A stretch of 61,118 bases of DNA, filler included, from Platydemus manokwari (taxonomy: Eukaryota), in the NCBI GenBank assembly GCA_037951405.1. It is 5 parts of 5 records of this genome, joined end to end, with 100 filler letters (N's around TTAATTAATTAA, not from the genome) between each part and the next. Parts side by side here need not be neighbours in the genome. Positions count along the whole stretch, not along the records: positions 31,533 to 41,606 come from JBBMOY011171989.1; positions 41,707 to 52,065 come from JBBMOY011140883.1; 3 more parts are not named here. One strand, given 5' to 3'. A program made the position numbers and the translations under genes. The notes under the pieces are model-generated. The model made no database searches. It saw only the letters and a program-made list of their open reading frames with translations, and was not told the DNA's origin. Shown piece by piece: positions 35,500 to 50,221 of this stretch (positions are counted from its first letter, which is position 1; each line of letters begins with the position of its first letter).

Positions 35500-38330
35500 C
35501 CTCAATAGTCCAAGTAATTCAGTGTATAATTTTTCATTAGTCATAGTAGGAAGAAAATGAAGCGAAGAAATATTTGACTACACAACGAGCCCGATATTTT
35601 TCAACGATTTTCACTTCAATATTTTCTATAACAAATACTTTATTGAGTCTAATCAAATCTTCCAAAACGTATTTGTCATCACCGTCAAAACTCACACTAC
35701 ATTTTACTAATCAACTTAAGATATTTAGAATTATTTTCATTGCTGATTTCTAACATGATAACTAATGTTTTGCTTTCAATTTGTATAACTACTTGTTTCG
35801 CCATTTCTTTTAAGTGCAACAGTAGTCTCTGAATATTATTTTTTTATAACCATCTACTAACGGATGACAATATATAATAATCATGCATAGCATGGATAGA
35901 TTCGACACAATTACCCCCGAATTGATTGAATGGTAGTTTGTCATATTCATATTCATACTCGAAATTTTTATTTTTAGTTTCACTACTGGAATTATATTTT
36001 ACTTTAAAGTTCCCGTCTCTTATAAGTTCCTTTGATGAAATCATTAGTCGCTTTGCTTCTAATATCTTTTCTTGTTCAAACTTTTCTATTAATTAATCGT
36101 CTTTTTAATTATAATAAACTTTGGCCCGAATTTTGCTTAATTTCTGGACAAAAATTCCCCGATTAATTAAATATCTATCGTCATCCTAATCTTTCGTGTA
36201 ATATGCAAGTGTAATAAGTATTTCACCATTTATTTTTCTCTGAAATTCATCCTCTAATATTTTTAAACTTGTGTGCACCAAAGCGCTTGAAAGCTCCTTA
36301 TAATGACATCTGAAATATACAGAAGGATTTCAAAAGATGGAAGATCTAATCCTTATCATTCCAAATTGTTATAGTAAGTGTAAATATGTTAATTTTCACG
36401 ATATTTTGTTTTTTCGATTTCTTCTTTATATCGTTTTCATTTATTTTCACCAAATTCTTTTAATATTTCATTTAGATGTATCATATGATTTTGAGATTCA
36501 TCTATTTCGAGTCTGTCTATCTAGCTATTTACTGGATCTTGTATTACAAATAATTCTGCTTCCAATGTCTCTTTATCTTCTGGGAATGTTGCTTTTACTC
36601 TGTTTTTAGAATCCTGAAAATTAACTTTTGAGAATTGGTGGTTGGAATTTACTTCGATTTGAGGGATACGCTCTTGTCAAATGTCAAAAATTTACACATG
36701 AACAGCTTTTTATTGTCCTTGAATATTTACAGCATCTCTTGAAGGTGAATTTGATATAGGTCTTGATCTAGAGTTTTGTGCAATTTGACATCTCCTGCCG
36801 CATTCAGTGCATGTTCGAGATTTTTTATTTGATTATTCGTTTCGGCTATAGTTAAATGAGGATTTGGCTGTTGGATAATTATCGAAAACTCTCTGATTTC
36901 TGCAATTATATACATAATGACCTTTTTGTTGATATTTAAATAATGTAACTGATGGGCGTTTTTCTGCAAAAAGTTAATCTGGGTGTCTTAGTGGATCATT
37001 TATTCGAAGATTTCAAATTATCACTTTCTAGAAATTAAATTGAAGGTGGCCTCTCAATTTTGCTCATTTATGAAACTCCCAGTTTCTATTGCAAAATTTG
37101 TGGACATCCTGTGGACTAAAGCACTTTTTATTTCGACTCTCCTCGTTTTTTAGTGAGATCGTCATTATTGTTATAATCGGCTACTGTAAGTACTGCATTA
37201 ATGCGAATATGAGAACATTTTAAAATTAGTCGTCGAAGACTTTTCTTGTTTGCCTTATTACTGAAAGCTGTTTGTGCTAAAGTTGACAGAAGAAATGCTT
37301 ATTCGGCTACTATTTCATTTGCTTTTTGTGTTCGTGTGAAGAAAATTTGTTGAAAAATTCGGTCTATGTCTTTGCATATGAGTTTTTCGGAAAAACCATA
37401 TTTAATTACCATTAATTCTACAATGTTTCGACGATCTATATGGTTAAGTCCTCCCTTTTAAATAGATGAGTAATCATCGTGTCACACTTCGTTCTGTCTT
37501 TCCATATGCAGAAGCTTACTTGATATAATCAATCATAAAGTCGTCAATGTAGTGCTTAACGGGCAATTTCTGGCAACTTGCGAAATCTACTGGAGGACCA
37601 CCGATTCAAATAGGAATATGATGTACTAGAATAGTACTGGGTTTTGTTCAGAATTTCGTTCATAATGGAATCTATTGCTTTTTGTTACAAATTCTTGCTT
37701 ACTAAAATTTGTTAAGTTATGAACTGTCACTGAATATGGAAATTCGAAATTATAAATTATAACATATTACAAAACTCGATTGGCCACTAAACACGATTAA
37801 AAGGACTCTAGATTAACAATAGATAATCAATCTAGGTGAGATCAACACCTGAAGGTTTAACGGCAAACAGAAGACAACCACAAAGACGGTTAGAAAAATC
37901 ACATAAAAGACTGACAGATACTTGTGAAATCCAGCTTCTTATACAGTGCCCAACCGAAGTCCCATAGCTTCACTTTTATTCGATAGAGTTGTTTACACGT
38001 AGATCTATTAGCGAAATTCCTTGTTTCTCTCGTGCTATTGACGAATCTCGATGTTTGTTACCAGTTGTTGGTATCAGCTAATTGATTATTGAATTCTAAA
38101 TATGGATTGACATTAGGAAGTACCTGATTGGCCATTGGCATGTGCGCTTATCAAATCTGTGTGAGTCAACCCTTTGAGAGTTGTTTCCATCATTTCTATA
38201 TTCTGATAATTTTTATGACCTGCCCAACAGATATGGGTCTAGGTTTTGATGCAGAATCATTATCTACCATTAATTGATTTAAAAGAATAGATTTATTTGG
38301 TCCTTCTGTTGTATAGCTAAGTAAAATTGT
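35500..38330 (-). mobile_element. Highly decayed non-LTR retrotransposon RT region (boundaries approximate)
   Basis: Minus strand shows EGPNK (GPDG-like, ~38300), KPRPISVGQ (~38223-38246) and HYIDDFMI (~37531-37554) in the expected RT order, with many stops and frameshifts. Confidence 0.55.
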
Positions 38331-39866
38331 ACAATAGGCTATAATTGGCTAATATGCATTGAAAAATATATATTCGATAGGACCTATTTAATGATATTCG
38401 TTTCATAATTTCTTCCATATTTTTATCGTATTTTAGCTTTGTAAATCACATATTATATTCGTGACGAACTCATCTAAAAATTGATATGAAATATCAATAA
38501 TTTATATTCATTCTATAATGAATTTCATTGCACTCCGTTACTCACGCAAAAATTACTAAAATATTGTCAGTAGTATAAAAAATTCAAAAAATTATTTTGG
38601 TCGAAATTAACTTTAATTCAAATTAGCTTGTCACAAAACACAGACGAAGCACAGAATTTGAATGAGTTTTTTTTAATTGCTACTTTAATTTGTAGTTGTT
38701 TGTGACATTTGGACAGCGAACAACTTTTCTTACTCAAATAAAAACAATATTGTCGCTCAATTTTGGACTAGCGAATCGTTTCGTTATACGGAAATTGGGT
38801 TAATAAAGTTCGATTTCTAACTAAAAAGTTGAGCAACTTAGACGAAATGGCTTATAAGTGGGTGATGGAAATATTTTTTGACGGCTTTATTCTTTTTAAT
38901 TTTTAAAAATATTTTCATGTAGTTTATTATAATTGAATGGAAAACATAATAAAAGAAGTTGAAGAAGGCACTAAATTTAAATACAATTATTTGAATTTTG
39001 ATTAATATTCTGATGATTCCTCATTTTATCTATGTATTTTAAGTTTACAGCTATTAGCTAAAAATATTTGACCTTGATTTGTTTGGATTTCTATGCTTTA
39101 TTTGAACTGAATAAATTTCTACGAGAAAATTACGTACTTATTGATTTCTATCTTCCATCTGTATTTAATTGGATGAAATAATCTAATAAACATAACTATT
39201 GTTTTAAAATCAATTCTTCAAACATTAAAATTATTGTGAATAATGTACACGATTAAAATATTTATTATAAAGTTCTCAGTCACCATGATTATATAATAAA
39301 TTAAATTTAAATTTGAAAATCGATTCGATATCAATATTAAAATTTAAATTCATAAATATAATTACATTTTATTAGCTTGTATTAGTAAGCCAGATTTAAA
39401 TTATAATTAACTCTATCATATGTAGCATAATTAAAACCATTATTTTAAAGATATACTCATTTGGAATATATACAACCTATTACATTTAACGTAAAGTCAA
39501 CATCCTGAAAACATTACTCTTGATGATAAACAATAGTTAATGTATCAAGTATGCCTATCTCCATAGCAGCTGTCTAAAAACGGAACTTGAACATCCTGAT
39601 ATAAAACTGCTTGACATTTTTTCTTATCAGTTCAACTTCACATCGCTTAGTGATTATAAGTTCTTTTTGGGAATCTATTCTCTCAAATCCTGCGAAAAAT
39701 ATCGATTATTTACCATTCAACCGATATTAAGGAATTATTTTAAATATCCTATAAATTATTATCTAAAATTTATTAACAGTGGAAATTGTTTCAGTATGTT
39801 CAATCAATGTGATTCTATCACAGTGATTCCATCGATTGAAAGATTTACTCCCCGACATACATCTAA

Positions 39867-41414
39867 ATGATTGCCGAAAATATATTTTATGATCCATTTA
39901 TTGAAATAATTGATAAACCGACACAATCTGGAATTAATGACACCACAGAAATTGCTAACAATCCATCTGGTCAAATTCTGAAAGAATTTCGAAATCTTAA
40001 TCATTTCAACCACAATCGACCTCGAATATATAAAAGGCCGTCAAGTGCGATGAGGAGATATATTTATGTAAATTGTTTAAATTGTAATTTCATTGTCAAG
40101 AACGATTGTGTTGAATGTGACAATGATAAAATGGATATGAATTTATCTGGACGATCCATAAAAAAATCTGAAAGAATTAAACAACCAATAATATCTAATA
40201 ACCAAGCGAAAAATGAGAAATTCGACGATATCATTGACAGTAATAACAATGCAATTGGTAAACATGCGCATGAGAGAGATATATTCAATGTAATCAAGAA
40301 TAATGTTCTGTATACTTGCCCGGTTACATTTCCAATAGGATGTTCAAATATACTCAAACTCAATACGAATCCATTATTAGTAACAGCAACAGAAAATGGA
40401 ATGGTGAATTCTATGAATAAAACAGAGATACCATTTAGTAAAGTCTTCGTAAAGCAGGCAATAAACTCGAAAGCAGTGACAATCACATCGAACAATACAT
40501 CATTAGAATCTACAACTGATTCGGTTCTGGAAAAGTTAATAGATGACGTGAATGAAGAAGAGACAATAACTGCAACAACTGAAAAGAAAAACAGCAGAAA
40601 GATCAAAAGTGGTGAAGGAAGTGACAATCATAAAGCCATTTTAAGATGTAAGAAAATATCAGGGACTATATCAAGCTCAGTATGTAGAGAAACATTAATT
40701 TCAGCTCATAATAAAATAACAGAAAAATCATCATTATCTTCTACAAATGAAGATCCGATAAATATTTCAAAAAAGACCCGAGGCATCAAAAATCCCGAAG
40801 TTTCCCCAAATGTCTCAAATGGAACAACTAAAATAAATGAGCCTGCTGTTATAACACATCCAATAATCACGAAAAGTGAAATATCTGTGCAAAATGAAAT
40901 TGAATCCAAACCAAAAATAACAACTTCATCAAAATTTTCAACGTCATTAATGACACCAATTGCCACAAAAATAGCTTTAGTTGCACCAAAACCCATAACC
41001 AAAAGACCAAAATCTTTATCATCAACAAATAGTTCAAGAACATTAATAGTGAAAAACTCAGGACTTTCAGCAACTTCAAGTTTGTTTGGGACAAATGAAA
41101 GAAATGATGTGAATTCATCAAATGCCATCATATCATCGGCTTCATCAACAGATACAATAAGTACATATTGCAACTCAGGATCATCATCATATGCATTGAT
41201 TGATATGAATTATCGCTTCTTAACTAAAAGATCAAACGATCATTATCTTTGTGATAGCAAATGTGATCGAGAAATGTACAAACAATTTGACTATAATGCC
41301 CACCAACATAGTCGATTTAGGAAGATGATCAATCACCCTCGATCAGTCAGTGCCAAAACCATTAATTCAACCGAAAATATCAAAACCCGTTTAAATAGAT
41401 TAAAATTTATTTAA
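39867..41414 (+). CDS. Uncharacterised Ser/Thr/Lys/Asn-rich, probably disordered protein, 515-aa ORF
   Basis: Long stop-free ORF in very AT-rich DNA; N-terminal CLNC...CVEC Cys cluster; AATAAA downstream (~41494). No family recognised. Confidence 0.7.
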   Translation: MIAENIFYDPFIEIIDKPTQSGINDTTEIANNPSGQILKEFRNLNHFNHNRPRIYKRPSSAMRRYIYVNCLNCNFIVKNDCVECDNDKMDMNLSGRSIKKSERIKQPIISNNQAKNEKFDDIIDSNNNAIGKHAHERDIFNVIKNNVLYTCPVTFPIGCSNILKLNTNPLLVTATENGMVNSMNKTEIPFSKVFVKQAINSKAVTITSNNTSLESTTDSVLEKLIDDVNEEETITATTEKKNSRKIKSGEGSDNHKAILRCKKISGTISSSVCRETLISAHNKITEKSSLSSTNEDPINISKKTRGIKNPEVSPNVSNGTTKINEPAVITHPIITKSEISVQNEIESKPKITTSSKFSTSLMTPIATKIALVAPKPITKRPKSLSSTNSSRTLIVKNSGLSATSSLFGTNERNDVNSSNAIISSASSTDTISTYCNSGSSSYALIDMNYRFLTKRSNDHYLCDSKCDREMYKQFDYNAHQHSRFRKMINHPRSVSAKTINSTENIKTRLNRLKFI

Positions 41415-41810
41415 ATCCTCATCTCGTTATTAGTTTGTATGTTTTTTTTCGATTTTACTTATAAATTATGAATTTCTGTCATCTGTTTTTATAATAAATC
41501 GGAAGAGATGATAATTTTGAATTTTATTGGAAATCAAAACTTTATTAGAATCATTATTCAATTCAACTTTTTAATATTTCCAGACTCCAAGTGATATATT
41601 TAAATCNNNNNNNNNNNNNNNNNNNNNNNNNNNNNNNNNNNNNNNNNNNNTTAATTAATTAANNNNNNNNNNNNNNNNNNNNNNNNNNNNNNNNNNNNNN
41701 NNNNNNCATTGCAAAAATTGAATATAATTTAGTTGGATTCATATTTTCATTTATTTCATCTCAATTAATAAGCTATTCTCTAAACAATAATTTGCACAAA
41801 TATAAATTAC

Positions 41811-42347
<537 letters not shown>

Positions 42348-42629
42348 TTATAACATAACTGCGTCAAAATATGATTGGTGCTTGAATAAGATATAAAAAT
42401 CCAATCATTTTCATTTGACTTTTAAGAAGTAATCAAACATCTACCAGTCATTTATAATTGGATTTATCAATGTGTTTTTAAATTAATGTCAATAAAATTT
42501 AATTTATTTTGATTATTGTTAAATCATGTAAGTCTATTCTTAGTTTGATTCCGTTTTGTACAGTAAGTTAAAGTACTAAATAAGTTCTATTTAAAAATAT
42601 TTGTTTTATTGTTTACTGTATCCATGATT

Positions 42630-43140
42630 CAATCGGGGAATATCTGACTACTAGTTTGACGGTAAATAGTTGGGCGAACTCGATAAATAAAAGAAACAAG
42701 GAATTGGCCGAATACTCGTCAGTAGTGGTTTATTTAATCAGTGACGAGATAATTATTATCCTCGATCATAATATGTGGCTTCCCTTTTACCTCGATGACC
42801 ATACATTTGGTCGTGGAAATATATTCACTGACCGTTGTCAACCGTGCTAACGTTCCGCCAGTTGAGTTGAGATAACCAAGGTAGCTATAATCTACCTCAT
42901 CAGTTGAGTCAATATGCTGTATATCAGCAGTTCGCATGTTTAGTGTTGCATGACATACATTTTATTTATTGTATCAGTAGAACTCTCCAAAATTACAAAT
43001 GCTGACCCATTCTATGGAAAAATACCTATCGGCCTCAGAAAATTTATTGCATCACATTCTTTTCACATTTTATCGAGATTACCAGTTCTATTCAATGATC
43101 TTAATTATATGTCGATCGATCTTGGAGTTCATATTCACAT
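42630..43140 (-). mobile_element. Possible non-LTR RT C-terminal relic
   Basis: DYSYLGY (Y.YLG motif) preceded by an IN..K-like segment; stop-ridden and GC-richer than the flanks. Confidence 0.3.
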
Positions 43141-43384
43141 TGAAAAAATATTAAATAAAACCAAAGAACTCGACAGATAACTAACATAAAACTTCCAAAA
43201 ACGACGTGCATTATCGTAGAATATATTTATATTTCAAAGTACAACTATTATATCTGGATTCCATTGAAAATTTTAACCTACTTTATATGCCTCACAACAA
43301 TTCAAATCCTAAAATCGATTATATTAATTAAATCAAACACAATTAAATATCAACACAATTATATTTAATTTAAGAGATACCATA

Positions 43385-44629
43385 TTACAATTTGCCTGAA
43401 GATAATTTAATACGCTTATTACAATTCACACTTAACGCTGCAGCATCGTTTGTGAGTCCCGTGTGTAATTCATTTAATTTCGAACTAATAAAAAATATTT
43501 ATGTTTATATAAAGATAAATATCGAACAAAAAACAAAATACAATTTAGAATGCTCTTTGTCCAGAGTTGCTTCATCGTTATCATCAATTGCAGAATTCAT
43601 GTTGGTTGACAAACTTCTTTTACGACCCATTCTTGATCCCTGACAAAAATTAGAAAATCACAATTTTTAAAATCCAAATACTTGTAAAGTTTCTTCATCG
43701 TCGATATCTTTAACAATGCTTAGAAGATTTTCTTCGCAATCGTTAATACTGTCTTTCAGCGAAGCAATAGAAGCAACGTCACTATTGCAGCAATCCATTT
43801 CAATACCAGCAGTATACAATTCTTCAAATCTAGTGAATATTTTTGAATTTACTTTTATTTAAAAATTATTAAAATATTGCATACTTTGGTTCATTCCATG
43901 CGTGAATATGTTTTTTCCACTTCCTTACTAAACCATCCCATCCGCGTCTACTCATTTTCAAGAATTTATTTGGAGTTCTGGGCTGATACGGTTTTCTTAA
44001 TTCTTTTGCAGTTTCATAAACAAAATTCTTGTAGCATTGCTTTGATTTTCCTTTGTCTATATCATTTTGACGTCGAGCCAAAATATCCACATCATTCTCG
44101 ATTTTAATATTTCTCTATAGTAACTTTACTAAATATTAAATCCAAACAATATCTAAAACTTGAGAGTTTTTAATTTTCTCTGAATATTTAATTAAGTCTT
44201 CTTCTTCTTCGTCATTTAAAAATGATTGGTCTGCCCAACTTTTACTTGTTCTTTTACTAATTCTGTCATTTACTTGTCTTATTTCAATATCTGGATCGTA
44301 ATTTTTATGATATCTTTTCTGGGAATTCTAAATATTTCTAAAAATGATATTTACATCAGATATAAATTTTAACTACCAATATCAAGCTCCCATTTTCGCT
44401 ATTTTCAGAAAAAGGTTTAGAATGCCTGTTTTCTCTCTTTGGTGTAGATATTGCAAAAGGTTTAAGAGATTTATTAAAAGTTTCTTCTTCACTACAATAT
44501 AATTGAAAAAATGCTTTGTTAAATGAAACTTCCATACTTTTGACTTATTATACGCGTACTCCGTCTACATTTCAGTTTCTCAACAAATGGTGAATGTTTT
44601 GTAGGTTTTTCTTTTCTGGTCTTTTGCAT
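43385..44629 (-). CDS. SLBP: Histone mRNA stem-loop binding protein, multi-exon
   Basis: RNA-binding domain LARRQNDIDKGK...Y...PRTPNKF...SRRGWDGLVRKWKKHIHAW (43884-44090). Flanking short GT-AG introns run from ATG 44629 to TAA 43385. Confidence 0.92.
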
Positions 44630-45329
44630 TTAAAAATTATAAAATTTAAAAACTTAGGATTTTTTAATATTTTAAATCAGTTATTTATTTAAACAAACTT
44701 CCTTTGTTTAATTTATTAAAAATCGTATTGTAATTTTTCCATAGTTATAAAATCCGAAGTGCTTCTTAATATATCAAGAATATTAAAGTATTTCAACGAT
44801 AAAACATATTGTGTTTGGAGGTTTTACGTATGTTATCTATTTAACTTAACATTTTTCAATGTGAAGATTAATTCCGAGAGCGATCGACATATTCTTAAAA
44901 TCATTAATTAAAACTGAGACTCATAAAAGAAATAAATAACTTTTAAACAAAGCTTGAACCTGGGTTAAATTTAAGAATGTGTATATTGTATTCGTAATAT
45001 TTTAATCAAAACATTTTAATCAAAATAGTCTTCTAATTGACAGACGGAGAATTTAATACCAAGTGTTTTAAAAATTGAATTTTCAACAAACAATTCGTCA
45101 TTACATGTTTTAAAAATTGAAAGATCAAAAAGCCATTATATATGATAATAAGTAATCAATTTCAATATGCCAAATAAAAAATTAAAATAATAAATTATTA
45201 AAATAGTAATTAAAAGAAAAATAATAATTAAATAAAGTGTTAATAAAACAAATACAAATATGTAGACAATCCATTAATAATACATTTGATTTTGCTGAGT
45301 TTTTATTTTATTAATCTATTGTTTCTCTT

Positions 45330-45720
45330 TTGACACTACTTCTGTACCTTAATTAGTCCAAGTGAGCTGCTTCTTAAAACACAAATTCATTCCTCTTGAT
45401 ATGATGACCTTTCACCTTGTAATCTACCGATTATATTTTTGTATAGTTCACAAAAGCAACAAAAAAATCCACGAAACCATTGAAATTCCACATAAAGGGA
45501 TGACATACAGAGATTCAATAAGCACATGTTCCAATCGCCAATCAGATATATTACATATAATAGTTCATATTTATAATTCATATTGGCGAATACCAACAAA
45601 TAGCAACAAACATTGAGAATTACCAATAACACAAGAGATGCAAGAGAAATTTGTTAACAGAGTGACATGTGCACAATTCAATAGAATGAAAAGTGAAGTT
45701 TTTAAACATTTATTGAACAT
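45330..45720 (-). pseudogene. Possible membrane-protein (GPCR-like) pseudogene fragment
   Basis: One frame with several stops reads hydrophobic segments, including C.ISDW...SLYVIPLCGISMVSWIFLLLL (ECL2-TM5-like). Confidence 0.25.
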
Positions 45721-46029
45721 ACAAGATAGGCCTTAAAAAGGTGATAGATTTATCGAACAAATACCAATCTTTTTTGTGAATTTAACGAAATTTTTCTGAC
45801 AGCCATTTTTCATGATTGTCTTCTGATCTGTGTTCAACTTTCGGATTTGATCTCATTGAGTTTTAATCTATTATTAGTCTATTTTTAGTCAATTGATAAT
45901 CTAACAATTTTTATGACAATAATCTATTACATGCTTGAACTGTAAACAAATCGACCACAATGCAAATAACTGTAGAAATTAGAGGGTTTTCTGTAATTTT
46001 TAAAAAACTACATTTTAATTAAATTATAG

Positions 46030-47130
46030 ACGAAACTTGCTTTGAATCTGATGGAGATTCAAATTGCTCATAACTGCAGATCAAGAGCAATATCAAAAAA
46101 TCCTTCACGAGATAGGTTGAATATTCCAGGTCAAGTGCAATGCTAATCTTGTGGAAATTTTGGACATTTGAAAAGAGCATGCCTCTCAAATTAAAGTAAA
46201 TTTCAATAGATGATCCTCAAAAAGCAAGTCAACTTTTAGGATTCTAAAAATGGAGTAAACATATCATTATCAGAAGATAAAGAGAAATGGAAAGCAAAAT
46301 TATCAGTAATGAGAGATAATGTAAATCTTTCGATTGACAGACTTGGAATAGATGTGCTCTAAAACGTTATGATATATTTTAATGAAATATTATAGCATCG
46401 GATATTGTGGTAAAATTAAAGAAAGATACTTTGGAAAAAGAAACTCTTGGCGATATTTTATTTTGTTTGAAAGCAGCATAATCAGATAATCCTATTGATT
46501 TTCTAAAAAATTTCGAAAATTTGGAGAAAATCAGAGATAATATGACTATGCTTAAAAATTTGGATTTAATAACATCGTTGGTGCCGGATATTAAAAAATA
46601 TATGCCAATTAATTATTATTTTTAGAAATATGCTTACACTCATAGGTCTAATTTAGAGAATGAAAGGATTATATATTAATTAATTTGAATTTATTTTGTA
46701 TATTTTAAGTGTGTAAGTGAGGAGTTTTCACAAAGGTTAAAAAATTAGACGACGAATTATAGAGAAGCTAAAAAGCGAAGAACTGATTATATTCAACAAT
46801 CTGTAAACAAAATTTGGATTAAGATGAATATTTTATTAATTACAGAATTCTAATAGTAAAGATAATCAAAATTTGAGTCTTAATTTATTATTGACGAAGG
46901 AAAAACGAGCTCATTGAAAGTTTGAACAAGAAGTTCCAGTGGAGGTAGAAGTATATATATATATATATATATATAATGATTTTGACGAAGCAGCATGTAA
47001 TAATCGATGACAGATGATTTTTTAAAGAGATTGAAGAGGATTCCATTGTGGTAAATGTAGCCGTAAAACTCATCCGCTTTGTAATTCAAACAGAAAAAGT
47101 TGTCAAACATGTAAATCTGCATTAGATTAT
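46030..47130 (+). pseudogene. Decayed intron-containing gene, charged or coiled-coil-like, family unknown
   Basis: Exon-like purine-rich blocks after TAG/AAG acceptors (for example ASDIVVKLKKDTLEKETLGDILFCLKAA*SDNPIDFLKNF) with in-frame stops. Confidence 0.35.
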
Positions 47131-47299
47131 AAAGTGAAATTCAATGAATACAATTTATCATTTCTGAAAGTTAATGATTTTATTAAGGTTCGCGGGAAGC
47201 TTCTAAATGAGATTTTTTAGCTCAGTAACCTCAATGGGTTGCCACAAATCAGTAAGAAAGCTATCGTAATAAAAATGAAAAAAAATCTCTACATTTTAA

Positions 47300-48516
47300 T
47301 ATTAACTACTATTGAGGGCGGAATGAAACCAAAATAATAAATCAGTACAATCGTTTGACAAAAAAATACGTTGAATATCTCGCAAAATACTAAAAATGGA
47401 CGGATCAAACTCAAGCATCAACAACTTCTTCTATGCACTTACCAAACTTGGCGAGATCAGACTCACTACATCTCTCATGAAATATTGCATACAGAGCACT
47501 GTCGGTGCCTTCCTCTATCTCATAACTTCGGACCAAGAATCTAGAACATTCATGTCAAATCACATAATCAACATTGTGAAGCACCGATTGACTGAATCAA
47601 ATAATCTCGCGACAGCACTTCTGTGGATCACTGACAAACTACAGACTGAAAAGCCAACCTCAGCAGCTATATGGTGGACCTAAACTCGCTTTGCAAAAAA
47701 ACTTAGGAAGAACCAAATCGATATGAAATTCTACAACCATTCTCCTGAAACTCAAGGTGGACAACAACAAAACTTATTTATAAATACGGTATAAATACAT
47801 TCCTATAACGAGTGGGGTACCATGAAAAAAAAATAAAGACTGGTTCACTCCTTCTCGGCGAGTCATCTCTCGCAAAAGCTTCTGAAAAACTTCTACTTGT
47901 CACCAGAAGTCTGGATTTTCACGTATCAGGCTAGAAACAATCTACTATTACTGAATTACACACCGTATTTCATGAAGAAAGGGAAATCAACTTTATGTCG
48001 ACGATGCCAAACAGAACAGGAAACTGATGCCCAAATTTTCATCCACTGTTCAGCGGTCCATGGTCTGGCATCAAAAAGGCACTCAATCATCTTGGACCAC
48101 CTAGGCAACTACTTACAATCACTCGGACTGGATACCGATATTGATACAAGCCCATCTGATCATCAGGTACAAAGCCAAGTGACGTGCCTATATAATCGAC
48201 CTGAAGATCTGATATCTCGGACAACTTTGAGAAACATCGGTTCCTGAACTTTAAAAAATATCAGACAATAGCGGCTGAAATTAAAACAAAAACCAGATAT
48301 GAAATATTACTTGATGTACTCTGTATTGGAGTACTTGGATCTTGGGACTCGAAAAACAACGAAGTGCTTGCCAACATCAGTCTAGACAAGCCACAAATCA
48401 CCTTCATCACAGGGTTCTTCATTAACACTCTACTGAAAGATGCCTTCCTGACATACAAGACCCACACGGACCAACGGAAACTGAATCCGCCATCTTGGTC
48501 AAGAGCATACAACTAG
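47300..48516 (+). mobile_element. 3' portion of an RLE-type (R2/NeSL/Utopia-like) non-LTR retrotransposon, disrupted
   Basis: EGGM (GGLG-like), zinc knuckle CRRCQTEQETDAQIFIHC, RH motif (KRHSIIL), RP.D and IGVLGSWD (VGALGSW-like) in the canonical order. Confidence 0.85.
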
Positions 48517-50221
48517 ATATCTACAACGACCACAATCTGATAGTTTAACTATTGACATGGAAAACGAACAATTCTTATCTAAAGAATTTCGGAAAGAATA
48601 CTGATAGGAAGAAGCGAAAATGTACATATTGTAAATTGATATGAGGACATGTGCCACCACATCTTGAAGAATTTTATGTTTATACCGAATAAACCGAATA
48701 GTTTTTTCTTAATGCCTTCAGATTCATTTAAATTGGTTACTGTAGTAGCTGATGAGTTTATAATATGCAAATTTTCTTTTTTTATCGCATGTTTAAATTT
48801 ATTAATGTTTTGATTCAATTTGCTCATTATTTTTATTGAAAAAATTTTAATCAAAATATTTTTTGATAATTTTAATTTTACTATTTATTGAAATATAAAC
48901 ATTATTATTATTTTTAAAATTTGAAAATCCTTGCCATTTTTTTAAAATTTCAATACAACTTTTTATTTATTTTATTTTTTAAAGCAACAATCTTTTTTAT
49001 TCGTCTTTTGGTTTAGCGGCTATAATTCGCCATTGATGATGACTTTAGTTAACTCTTTAAACTTTCTTTGCTTTCAAATCCATTTAAAACTTTCGACATT
49101 TCCAATCATAAATTTTAATTGTACATTTTAAAAATTGATAATTTTAGAGGGCTGATATGTGAGCCCATTATATATTTTTGAAAAATCTTTAATTAATTTA
49201 TTAGATTTATTATTTTTAATCCAATTATATTATTTTTATTTAAATTTTTAATTATGAAATTTGAGTTTTATTTTCATTTTTATTTTCTCACTGTGTTTAT
49301 ATGATGTTTAAAATTTATTTATTAAATAATTATAGGTAATAAGTTATAAAACCATTTTCAGAAATTTGATAATCTAATCCAAAAAGAAATGTTTACTTTA
49401 ATATCTTTGTAAAATTAAGTTCCAGAAATTAAATAATCTAAAGACTTTGTAAAACCTAAATGTATATGATAATTTTAGCCCCCCCCCAAATTCGAGACTT
49501 CTAAATATTTTCAAAAGTTTTCAATTAATTATTGTTTTCCTCTTGATAATAAGAGCTTATAATTTTCCGATTTTTTTTCTGTGGCAATCACTTAATATCA
49601 TTAATTTTTAAAATTTTTTTTAAATTTGAAGGTTTCATAATTTTATCACATTTAGATTTCATAGTTATACATATATATTTTGGGAGGAAACTTTTGTGTA
49701 TAAATTTCTCTTATTGTTAAGCTCTTGTCAAATTCATTTTATTAATCTTTCTTTAGACTATTCATTTTTTAAATTCATGATATAAAAATTAATATTCTTC
49801 TAAACGAACAGTTTTTGAAAATATTATAAGATTATCATAATCTTAAAATCCCGGTGTTAAAAAGTAATTATGTTTTTCCACATCCGCAACTTCCATAAAT
49901 TAGCATTTTAAAAGAAGAGAGACTATTTTCATGATTATTAAATTTTATTTTATTTTAATTCCAGATAAATAATGAATGTGCCATTCTAACGGTCAAGATT
50001 TGTAAAATTTAAAGATGGAATTTGAATTTTAAAAAAATAAATTAAATTTTATGAGAGAAAATAAAATAAAATGAATAAATAGAATCATTGTATCTGAAGA
50101 ATGAATACAATATTTTGATCTCATATGTTTTACCACTTATTGTTATTATATATGTGAAGAGTGAAAAAAATATTGAAATGATAATAGCCCATATTGTATA
50201 AAATATTTAACTTCATATTAC

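Noticed and set aside
40064-41173. Long antisense ORFs (187, 155 and 84 aa)
   Set aside because: Shadows of the low-complexity plus-strand 515-aa ORF.
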